Source: a virus (Duplodnaviria > Caudoviricetes). From it: a stretch of 64,000 nt of DNA. The position numbers and the translations under genes were made by a program. Positions 1-7,422 of the stretch are shown piece by piece. Within the stretch, counting starts at the first letter, position 1; each line of letters begins with the position of its first letter. The notes under the pieces are model-generated. The model did no database searches and had not been told where the DNA came from. It saw nothing but the letters and a program-made list of their open reading frames with translations. The stretch lies in the IMG/VR virus record IMGVR_UViG_3300037455_000221, positions 32,001 to 96,000 of that record; one strand, given 5' to 3'.

Positions 1-4
1 TACC

Positions 5-391
5 ATGCCTGCATTTGGTTCGGGCACACAAGAGAATAACAGAATCGAACTTGTTAATTGTGAAATGGTTTGTGACATTGATCCCGATATCGGTGAACTT
101 GTCAATTCAAATACTCAGGGATGCTTACTTATCCACGGACATAACAATGGAGATAACATGAGCGTTTTCGTTAAGGATTGTTATATCGAAAGCGTGAACT
201 GTAAGAGCGTTCATATGTATCCTGTCGGAGCAAATAACGATATCAAAATAGCGTTCCTCAATAACACGTTCATGAACAATAGGCAGGTATCTCAATCAGC
301 AATGATTGATTTCACATTTGATTCATCCACTATTGAGAAGTGTTCACATGGTAACAACCTTGATTTCTTTAATAAGACACTTGGAACGTGA
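5..391 (+). CDS. C-terminal part of a probable beta-helix (pectin-lyase-like) protein, truncated by the window start
   Basis: Repeating I/V-x-N/D-C beta-strand pattern (IELVNCEM, VFVKDCYIES, IAFLNNTF); ORF is open to the window edge. Confidence 0.4.
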   Translation: MPAFGSGTQENNRIELVNCEMVCDIDPDIGELVNSNTQGCLLIHGHNNGDNMSVFVKDCYIESVNCKSVHMYPVGANNDIKIAFLNNTFMNNRQVSQSAMIDFTFDSSTIEKCSHGNNLDFFNKTLGT

Positions 392-404
392 TTAAGGAGA
401 ATAA

Positions 405-494
405 ATGGACACAATAATCTCTTCTATCATAACCGGAATAGTCGCTATCACTACTTGTCTAATCACTCAGGGCATGGCTAACAGAAAGAGATAA
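405..494 (+). pseudogene. 29-aa hydrophobic peptide MDTIISSIITGIVAITTCLITQGMANRKR, probably a truncated holin-like gene
   Basis: RBS AAGGAG upstream; single TM-like segment resembling the N-terminus of 44365-44664; early TAA. Confidence 0.4.
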
Positions 495-560
495 TTAGCG
501 GGTGGGTTTTCCTCCCGCTAACATAACAAGGGATGCCTCCAATCGGAGGTATCTCTTTTT
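495..560 (+). terminator. Two hairpins; the second is an intrinsic terminator
   Basis: TTAGCGGG..CCCGCTAA, then AGGGATGCCTCC-AATC-GGAGGTATCTCT followed by a T-tract. Confidence 0.6.
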
Positions 561-602
561 ATGCTTTAAAAATTTAAAAATAAATGAAAGGAGAAAAACA
601 CG

Positions 603-2363
603 ATGGCAAATATAACTCATTCAGATGAGCTTGTGACAAAACAAGATTTGCATAGTTTTTATCAGGGTATATATCCGTATCTCGGCTCTAAATCACAATC
701 AGATTGGGATGAGTCAGATGTCACGAAAACTTCTTACATTAAAAATAAACCAAATTTATATCTGATATTTGATGGCACAAAGGCTACTTACCAGAGAAAT
801 ATGAAGAACTGGTTTAACGCTAATGGTGTGGACACTGCGGACGCGGAGGAATTAACACATCTTTGCGAGAGATGGTATAAAGTCAGCGCGATAGGCTGGA
901 AGGGCGGTGTGTCTTTTCCCGCCATCACAGAGTCTACCGGTTCGACCGGCACAAAGTTCGGCGATAATGTGGGGCTGACTTGTGTTCCGTCTACTGACAC
1001 GGTGGCTAATACTGACGATTATCAGGGACTTCCGCTGTTTGCAATAACTGACTGCAACTGGGAGCTTGATGAGAACGGTAATATTCTCATTACGGCAATT
1101 GATGGAATTACCGACAATTTCAAACGCAATGATCCAACAGTATTTGTTGGCGTAATACAACAGACTGGTTATGTGAAGAAGGTTAATACTGCAACTACAC
1201 AGGACTATTATTATGCTGATGCTGCAAATGCGTATGAAAATCTTGTGCCATTACCTGAGGCTATTAAGCTCGATGGTACAGTGAGGAGCTTCGTGGTGCA
1301 CGCTAAATATATGAGCGGCATTGTAAATTCAAAGATGACTTGCTGTTCTGGCGTAATACCTAGAAGAAATATTTCGCACAATGGACTTATTACAATGCCC
1401 GATAATATTGGCACACAGTACAGCGGAGGTACAAGCGTTGACTGGTCATTTCTTGTATGGATGCAGAGAATAAAGTATGCATCACTTACTTCAGATGGAG
1501 TACTTCAAGGATGTTGTGCTTATAATTATCAGTACTATGTGCAAGTGGGCGAAACAGATGTTAAGCGTCTGATACTTGATGCGACACAAGGAGCAAATCT
1601 TAAAGTTGGTTCAACGATATGTTTTGGCTCTTATGCGGGCAATACTGATAGAGGTAATAGCGGTACTTATGATATATCAGGTCAGGATGGCGCGATTATT
1701 ACTTCTATTGAAGATGTAACTATAAATAGTGTGGCCTATAAGGCTGTATACGTAGACGTTACTACTGCATTTACTACAGTCGCAAATGGCGCGGCTACTA
1801 CAGGCACAACCATAGTGAGCACACACCATTGGATATCGGGCATGTGTGATGGCGTTAAGGGTAATGATGGATCGCCCGTGTCGGCTACTAATGGAGTTTA
1901 CCCCGCAATGCTTCAGGGCGTTGAATATATGGTAGGCGGATACGAGGTATTCGCCGATGTTATCATGAATATTTCCGGCGGCTACTACTCTCCTGTCTAT
2001 GCAAGGCGCGCGACATATCAGGCTACGTCTATTACTGAGAATATGGTGGCGTCTACACTTAAGTGTGCTCAGCCTAGTAGTGATGCTTGGAGATATGTTC
2101 AGCAACATGATTTTGATGGAGAGATATTCTACCCTACGTCACAAGGTGCAGATAGTACTAAATATATGAAAGATGGATTTTATATGAATGGTACTACTAC
2201 CACTACTGCAACTAGGGAATGGCTGGCGTTTGGCACCCTGTACAGCGGCTCTGGGCATGCTGGTTTGTCGTGCTTGGCCGGCCACACCGCCCTTGGGGCC
2301 GGTTGGTGGGCCTTCTTGGCGCGCATTTCCCCCAACGGCAATAGGGGTGAATTGGCGGCGTAA
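603..2363 (+). CDS. DGR target protein, 586 aa; fibre/adhesin-like with a C-terminal CLec-type variable domain
   Basis: VR at the 3' end matches TR; N-terminal QSDWxExDxTKxSYIKNKP fibre motif; ends in WLAFG...ARIS as in DGR CLec targets. Confidence 0.9.
   Translation: MANITHSDELVTKQDLHSFYQGIYPYLGSKSQSDWDESDVTKTSYIKNKPNLYLIFDGTKATYQRNMKNWFNANGVDTADAEELTHLCERWYKVSAIGWKGGVSFPAITESTGSTGTKFGDNVGLTCVPSTDTVANTDDYQGLPLFAITDCNWELDENGNILITAIDGITDNFKRNDPTVFVGVIQQTGYVKKVNTATTQDYYYADAANAYENLVPLPEAIKLDGTVRSFVVHAKYMSGIVNSKMTCCSGVIPRRNISHNGLITMPDNIGTQYSGGTSVDWSFLVWMQRIKYASLTSDGVLQGCCAYNYQYYVQVGETDVKRLILDATQGANLKVGSTICFGSYAGNTDRGNSGTYDISGQDGAIITSIEDVTINSVAYKAVYVDVTTAFTTVANGAATTGTTIVSTHHWISGMCDGVKGNDGSPVSATNGVYPAMLQGVEYMVGGYEVFADVIMNISGGYYSPVYARRATYQATSITENMVASTLKCAQPSSDAWRYVQQHDFDGEIFYPTSQGADSTKYMKDGFYMNGTTTTTATREWLAFGTLYSGSGHAGLSCLAGHTALGAGWWAFLARISPNGNRGELAA
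2221..2329 (+). repeat. DGR variable repeat (VR)
   Basis: 109-nt ungapped alignment to 2469-2577 with 16 mismatches, each opposite a TR adenine. Confidence 0.97.
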
Positions 2364-2386
2364 GCCGACAAGAGGGGTCTCCCCTT
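2352..2386 (+). promoter_or_regulatory. DGR homing hairpins downstream of VR/IMH
   Basis: TTG-G-CGGC-GTAA-GCCG-A-CAA (2352-2371) and AGGGG-TCT-CCCCT (2373-2385); absent after TR. Confidence 0.6.
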
Positions 2387-2468
2387 ATTTTGTAACTTAT
2401 AAACTAAACTATTTTTGAAAAACCATAGGGTACTTAGTCGAGTGTCTGGGCGGTTCCGGTGTTTCTGG

Positions 2469-2577
2469 GGCTGGCGTTTGGCAACCTGAACAACGGCTCT
2501 GGGAATGCTGGTTTGTCGTACTTGAACGGCAACAACGACCTTGGGAACGGTAGGTGGAACTACTTGGCGCGCATTTC
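2469..2577 (+). ncRNA. DGR template repeat (TR), within a structured RNA of about 2425-2700
   Basis: Intergenic; 8 AAC + 1 AAT codons in the VR frame; directly upstream of RT; shares the GC-rich 3' end TTGGCGCGCATTTC with VR. Confidence 0.97.
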
Positions 2578-2715
2578 TTGACTACTCTCGATTAATTAAA
2601 CGGTGTAATAACTATGCGACTATGTATCCTCGCTGCGGCGGAAATAGAGAGCTATTGCAACCGGCTAGTAGGTAATGGCGAAGACCGGCGCTTTCAAAAG
2701 GAAAGGAAAAATATT

Positions 2716-3942
2716 TTGAAGAAAAGGTGTAAACATATTGATATTACTGATCCAAAGACGGTTAGAGATTGGGTAGCAGATTGCATAACTAGACATAAGG
2801 CTCGTTATGATTTTAGAGATATGCTACTTGAAAATGGATTATCTAAAGATGATTATGATAGAGTGATTGATGAACATGCTAATTATTTAATGGAATCTGC
2901 TATCGAAAAGATCACAGCTGAAACATGTAGGAGAATTAAAGAAAGAGATTTGGCTTTGCCTCCTGTGCGTATTCGTGAACAGAAAGATCATACTACTGGT
3001 AAAGTTAGAATGATTGGATGTGAATCTCCTATGCAGCAGATTATGGATTATATTGCTGTTTATTCTTGTCAAGAAATTTTTGATGCAAGAATCGTACCTC
3101 AACAATGCTCATCAGTTCCTGGTCGTGGTCAGGTATATGGGATGAAGTTAATTAGAAAATATGTTAACACCGATAATAGATCCATTAGATATTGTAAGAA
3201 ACATGGATATAAGTATTTTAGTAAATGTAAATACGTTGTAAAACTTGATATTGAAAAATGTTTTCCTTCCGCCAAAATGGAAATATTTATTGATTTATTC
3301 AAGCATGATTGTGGTAATCAAACAATTGTGTGGTTGTGGACAACATTGTTCCTTACTCATCGTTATGCGGGATATGAAGGATTTATGATAGGATCTCTTA
3401 TCTCACAATGGGCTTGTCAGTATATGTTATCATTTGTATATCGAGAAGCTATGAATATTGGTTATGTAAAACGCAATGTAAAGCATAGTTCTGTGTCTCA
3501 TATGATAATGTTTATGGATGATATGGCATTATTCGGGAGTAACAGAGAACAATTACATAAAGCAGTGCTTCATTTGATAACATATACTTATGATAAGCTA
3601 GGTTTTAAGATTAAATTGAATTATGCCATACACCCATTTAGTCAAGTGGATATGATGGGGTATGTAATATATGGTAATGGTACTGTTAGTATTAGGTCTC
3701 GCAATTATATCAAGGCTCGTAGATTAAAGATAAGGTGCATCACGCAAGGTAGTCTTTCGCTGAGGCAATCAAAGAGAATGGTATCATACAAGGGGTTTTT
3801 CAAGCACTCTGATTTTAATAAGCCGGGGATGTTTGAAATATTTTGTATCGCTCAAAACGTAATAAGTGCAAAGGAGAAACATCATGGAGAAGGGAATATA
3901 TTCGGAACTTCCGGAGAGAATAGATTATCTGCAGCATCGTGA
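2716..3942 (+). CDS. DGR reverse transcriptase
   Basis: KLDIEKCFPS, GFMIGSLISQW (DGR-type SQ signature), FMDD catalytic motif, DMMGY; likely TTG start after RBS GAAAGGA (track start 2614 lies in the TR spacer). Confidence 0.95.
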   Translation: MKKRCKHIDITDPKTVRDWVADCITRHKARYDFRDMLLENGLSKDDYDRVIDEHANYLMESAIEKITAETCRRIKERDLALPPVRIREQKDHTTGKVRMIGCESPMQQIMDYIAVYSCQEIFDARIVPQQCSSVPGRGQVYGMKLIRKYVNTDNRSIRYCKKHGYKYFSKCKYVVKLDIEKCFPSAKMEIFIDLFKHDCGNQTIVWLWTTLFLTHRYAGYEGFMIGSLISQWACQYMLSFVYREAMNIGYVKRNVKHSSVSHMIMFMDDMALFGSNREQLHKAVLHLITYTYDKLGFKIKLNYAIHPFSQVDMMGYVIYGNGTVSIRSRNYIKARRLKIRCITQGSLSLRQSKRMVSYKGFFKHSDFNKPGMFEIFCIAQNVISAKEKHHGEGNIFGTSGENRLSAAS

Positions 3943-4171
3943 TGGGTCTGCTGAGGCTAGACTCAGAAGAAATATAAAAGAAGGACAAGACGATGAAGGG
4001 AATATTATATGGACGGCTACTGAAGTATATATCCCTCATACGATGCTTAGTGAAGAAGAAATAGATGCAAGGTTTAATGACTATTTCGTGGCAGAAGAGC
4101 CTGAAGCAACTATTGCTGATCTCACGGAAGCAATTGACATATTAACAAGTATAGTACTTGGGGAGGAATAA
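3884..4171 (+). CDS. Small acidic phage protein (XkdW-like position)
   Basis: RBS AAGGAG; overlaps the RT 3' end; ends in a helix IADLTEAIDILTSIVLG; precedes an XkdX-like gene. Confidence 0.55.
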   Translation: MEKGIYSELPERIDYLQHRDGSAEARLRRNIKEGQDDEGNIIWTATEVYIPHTMLSEEEIDARFNDYFVAEEPEATIADLTEAIDILTSIVLGEE

Positions 4172-4174
4172 GTT

Positions 4175-4276
4175 ATGGTGCAGTTTTATTATAAGCTGGT
4201 TAAAGCCGGCAAACTTACTATAGATCAGGTTCCTGAAAAGTACAGAGAACTAGTGAGAGAATTATTGGAAGTGTGA
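4175..4276 (+). CDS. 33-aa XkdX/CD1375-like protein MVQFYYKLVKAGKLTIDQVPEKYRELVRELLEV
   Basis: RBS GGAGG; YxxLVxxGxxTIDQVPxxxRxxV pattern; not in the ORF track. Confidence 0.7.
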   Translation: MVQFYYKLVKAGKLTIDQVPEKYRELVRELLEV

Positions 4277-4327
4277 TAATTCAATAATATTTACCCCTTT
4301 TATATTATTGATTTATTATATATACAA

Positions 4328-4372
4328 CCCTAGGACAAGCCATTATGGCTTGTCCTAGGGGCTTTTGTTTTT
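4328..4372 (+). terminator. Intrinsic terminator closing the DGR operon
   Basis: Perfect 16-bp inverted repeat CCCTAGGACAAGCCAT-T-ATGGCTTGTCCTAGGG plus T-rich tail. Confidence 0.8.
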
Positions 4373-4386
4373 TGAGGAGAATAACT

Positions 4387-4770
4387 ATGGCATATATATA
4401 CAAGAATCCAAATCCACAAAAGAAACGTGTGGGCGATTGTGTAATCCGAGGTGTTTCAATACTAACAAATCAATCATGGATTTATTCTTATATATGTATT
4501 GTCATACAAGGATTAAAGATGTTTGATATGCCCTCTTCTAATGATGTATGGGGATCATACCTTAAATCTCTTGGATATACGAAACATATAATACCAGATA
4601 GCTGTCCAGATTGTTATACGGTGCGGGAGTTCTGTTATGATCATCCGCATGGTAAATATTTGGTAGCTACTGGCAGTCATGTAGTTGCTGTGATTAATGG
4701 CGATTATTATGATACTTGGGATTCCGGCGACGAAGTCCCTGTTTACTATTTTGAGAAAATAGATATATAG
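4387..4770 (+). CDS. Hypothetical protein with a possible Cys-His-Asp triad
   Basis: NPNP..GDCVIR, GSHVVAV, YYDTWDSG; RBS GAGGAG. Confidence 0.6.
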   Translation: MAYIYKNPNPQKKRVGDCVIRGVSILTNQSWIYSYICIVIQGLKMFDMPSSNDVWGSYLKSLGYTKHIIPDSCPDCYTVREFCYDHPHGKYLVATGSHVVAVINGDYYDTWDSGDEVPVYYFEKIDI

Positions 4771-4823
4771 CAGATAAATAAATCTGTTTATATAAATACT
4801 AAAAGACAAAGGAGGAATAAGTT

Positions 4824-5252
4824 ATGGCGTTTTATGATCCAACTTATCCCACAAACAATTACAGAAATTATCAGGCGGCGTATGCGCCACCACCGGCATT
4901 CAGCCCTCCACCATTGCAAACAGATTCTCCAATAATCTGGGTTCAAGGTGTAGCTGGGGCCAAAGCGTATCCTGTTCAGAATAATAAGATGGTTGTCTTA
5001 TTTGATTCTGAAGAAAAGCGTTTCTTTATTAAATCAACTGATGCAAGTGGAATACCACAACCACTTCGTGTATTTGAATATATAGAAAGTACTGAAGAAA
5101 AACAAAGTGCTCCCAGCATTGACACTACAATGTTTATCACAAGGGATGAATTTAATGAGGCAATTAATTCATTAAAGCAATCTCAACTTAAACAACAGAA
5201 TAATAATGCACAGAGAAAGGATGATAATAAACATGGCAAACCCTCTGTATAA
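4824..5252 (+). CDS. Hypothetical protein, Pro/Tyr-rich N-terminus plus IIWVQGxxGAKAY domain
   Basis: ORF with RBS AAGGAGG; part of the six-gene cassette. Confidence 0.7.
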   Translation: MAFYDPTYPTNNYRNYQAAYAPPPAFSPPPLQTDSPIIWVQGVAGAKAYPVQNNKMVVLFDSEEKRFFIKSTDASGIPQPLRVFEYIESTEEKQSAPSIDTTMFITRDEFNEAINSLKQSQLKQQNNNAQRKDDNKHGKPSV

Positions 5253-5463
5253 TGAGAGCATGCAGAAAGGATTTCAATCCCAATTCGGGTCATTCATGTC
5301 TAACCCAATGGGATTCCTTATGCAACATAGAATTAACATACCTCAACAGTATGCTAATGACCCACGTGGCGCTGTCCAATATCTATTAAATAATGGTCAA
5401 ATGTCTCAAGATCAATTGAACTCAATTATGCAAAAGGCGCAACAAATGGGTTATAAATTCTGA
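5233..5463 (+). CDS. Small Gln/Met-rich hypothetical protein
   Basis: RBS AGAAAGG; overlaps the previous gene. Confidence 0.65.
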   Translation: MANPLYNESMQKGFQSQFGSFMSNPMGFLMQHRINIPQQYANDPRGAVQYLLNNGQMSQDQLNSIMQKAQQMGYKF

Positions 5464-5554
5464 TATCAAGTCACACGCTCGAGAGTGTGATTTAGATATA
5501 ACTGGCGACGTCGTCACTAACCAAAAATAATTATTGGAAAAGGAGACATGAATT

Positions 5555-6292
5555 ATGGCAATTACTGATTCTGAAAGTGGAATGGTTATGCCTGTAGCTC
5601 CCGCTTATGGCGGAGGTTACGGAAACGGTGGATTTGGAGATGGATGGTGGGTCATTCTCTTCTTATTCGCAATTATGGGCAACGGCTGGGGTAATGGCTT
5701 CGGCGGTAATGGGGGCGAGTTCCCTTGGCTCATGAGTGGTCAGCAAGGAATCAACGCTAATACCAATGGCGGGTTCCGTGATGCTATGATCAACGATAAT
5801 ATTACTTCTGTAAGAGATGGTATTGCTGGACTCTCAAATCAGATCTGTACTGCACAGATGGCTGATATGGAAAGAAGCTTTGCGTCTCAGACTGCAAACA
5901 CTGCCGGTATGACTGCAATTCAGGCGCAGATTTATCAGGGTTTCTCTAATCAGGGAGCCGCAACTGCTGATCTGAAGTATACAATCGCTACCGAAGCATG
6001 TGCAACGCGTTCTGCTAATGCCCAGAACACCCAGGCAATTCTCGACAAGTTGTGCCAGCTTGAACTGGATGGTTACAAGAGAGAGAATGATCAGCTTAGG
6101 ACTCAGCTTAATATGGCTACTCTTCGTGAATCACAGACTGAACAGAATGCACTGATTCAGCAAGGCTTTGCTAATGAAGTTGATCAGCTGTACAACAGAC
6201 TCTCCAACTGTCCTGTTCCTTCAACTCCCGTATACGGAAGAACTCCTATCTTTACATGTGGTAATGGATGTGGTTGTGGAGCCGTAGCATAA
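5555..6292 (+). CDS. Gly-rich protein with a hydrophobic segment, long coiled coil and Cys-rich tail
   Basis: GGFGDGWWVILFLFAIMGNGWG, heptad-like middle, C-terminal CGNGCGCG. Confidence 0.75.
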   Translation: MAITDSESGMVMPVAPAYGGGYGNGGFGDGWWVILFLFAIMGNGWGNGFGGNGGEFPWLMSGQQGINANTNGGFRDAMINDNITSVRDGIAGLSNQICTAQMADMERSFASQTANTAGMTAIQAQIYQGFSNQGAATADLKYTIATEACATRSANAQNTQAILDKLCQLELDGYKRENDQLRTQLNMATLRESQTEQNALIQQGFANEVDQLYNRLSNCPVPSTPVYGRTPIFTCGNGCGCGAVA

Positions 6293-6304
6293 GGAGGTGA
6301 TACT

Positions 6305-6757
6305 ATGGCGGAATATCTTGCGAATAGTGTTGCTTCTGTGGCACTGAACAATCCTATATTGTTCACCGCTTCTATTCCTTGTCCCAATGGAAATGTTTAT
6401 CATGAAGATGAGACAGGAATTTTTATTCTCCGTGGTAACACAAATAACTGTTTTGCCAGATACCAGGTGACATATAATGGAAATATTAGTGTTCCTGAAG
6501 GTGGCACAGTTACTCCTATAGCTATTGCTATATCTGTTAATGGAGAAGCTCGACCTACAAGCATGGCAATATTTACACCTCAAGCTGTAGACGAGTTTGG
6601 TAATGTTACAAGTACTGCAATAATAACTGTACCTCGTGGATGTTGTTTTAGTTTATCAGTCAGATATGTCGACGCTACCGTTGATAATGCTGCTGTAACA
6701 CCTACTCCCACTATTGAAGTACAGAATTCAAATCTTGTAATCAACAGAATAGCATAA
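6305..6757 (+). CDS. All-beta protein, BclA-CTD/C1q-like
   Basis: Alternating beta pattern, GIFILRG..YQVTYNGNI, ends in NSNLVINRIA. Confidence 0.5.
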   Translation: MAEYLANSVASVALNNPILFTASIPCPNGNVYHEDETGIFILRGNTNNCFARYQVTYNGNISVPEGGTVTPIAIAISVNGEARPTSMAIFTPQAVDEFGNVTSTAIITVPRGCCFSLSVRYVDATVDNAAVTPTPTIEVQNSNLVINRIA

Positions 6758-6773
6758 AGAGGAGGACACCGCG

Positions 6774-7118
6774 ATGATGAGAGAATTGTATGACCTTTGC
6801 GATAAACTCAAAGGCGAGATAAAGAGTCTCAACTCTAAGAACGACATATCTCCTACTGAACTTGAACGTGCTTATAAAGCTGTAGATATTATCAAAGATA
6901 TCAAGACTATAGAAGCTATGGAGGATTACTCCGATGATGGTTATAGTGGACGTAGATATTACTACGATGATGATATGAAGTATGCTCGCGATAGAAGTTA
7001 TCGTAGAGAACGTGATTCAATGGGTCGCTATACAGATAATGGGTATAGCGGGCACGATGACAAAGAAGAGATGATGCGTAAGATCGATGAGATGAAACGC
7101 CAACTCGAAAATATGTAA
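6774..7118 (+). CDS. Hypothetical helical protein with an Arg/Tyr/Asp-rich linker
   Basis: RBS AGGAGG; RERDSMGRY motif. Confidence 0.7.
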   Translation: MMRELYDLCDKLKGEIKSLNSKNDISPTELERAYKAVDIIKDIKTIEAMEDYSDDGYSGRRYYYDDDMKYARDRSYRRERDSMGRYTDNGYSGHDDKEEMMRKIDEMKRQLENM

Positions 7119-7127
7119 TTCCATTAG

Positions 7128-7160
7128 TGAGAGGGTAGCCGCTGTGCTACCCTCTCTTGT
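7128..7160 (+). terminator. Hairpin terminator after the six-gene cassette
   Basis: GAGAGGGTAGC-CGCTGT-GCTACCCTCTC. Confidence 0.65.
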
Positions 7161-7198
7161 ATATATAATTAATTAATTTTATAAAAGGGAGAAAAGTT

Positions 7199-7396
7199 AT
7201 GGTTGTAAATAGAAAATTTAACACAGACTATGCATCCAACTGGGAGTTTTATGGTGAGAGTTCCGAAACAAAACCAACCATGGCTAATGGTTATGAAGAA
7301 GGAATTCCTGATAAGAGTCTTTTCATGGAACTTGATACTGGTGAAGGTTATTACTATAACAAAGACACCGACAGTTGGGCAAAGATCGGAGGATGA
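7199..7396 (+). CDS. Small hypothetical protein (possible head-associated protein)
   Basis: KPT...SLFMELDTGEGYYY..W pattern; immediately before the portal. Confidence 0.55.
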   Translation: MVVNRKFNTDYASNWEFYGESSETKPTMANGYEEGIPDKSLFMELDTGEGYYYNKDTDSWAKIGG

Positions 7397-7422
7397 ATTT
7401 AAAAGGAAGGAGGTTGCCCTAA

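Noticed and set aside
2614-2715. RT N-terminal extension in the ORF track
   Set aside because: Overlaps the structured TR spacer; the good RBS precedes TTG 2716
2716-3942. Group II intron or retron RT
   Set aside because: SQ signature, adjacent TR/VR pair, and no intron domain V or retron VTG motif seen
3884-4171. Avd
   Set aside because: Acidic with a beta-rich N-terminus, unlike basic all-helical Avd
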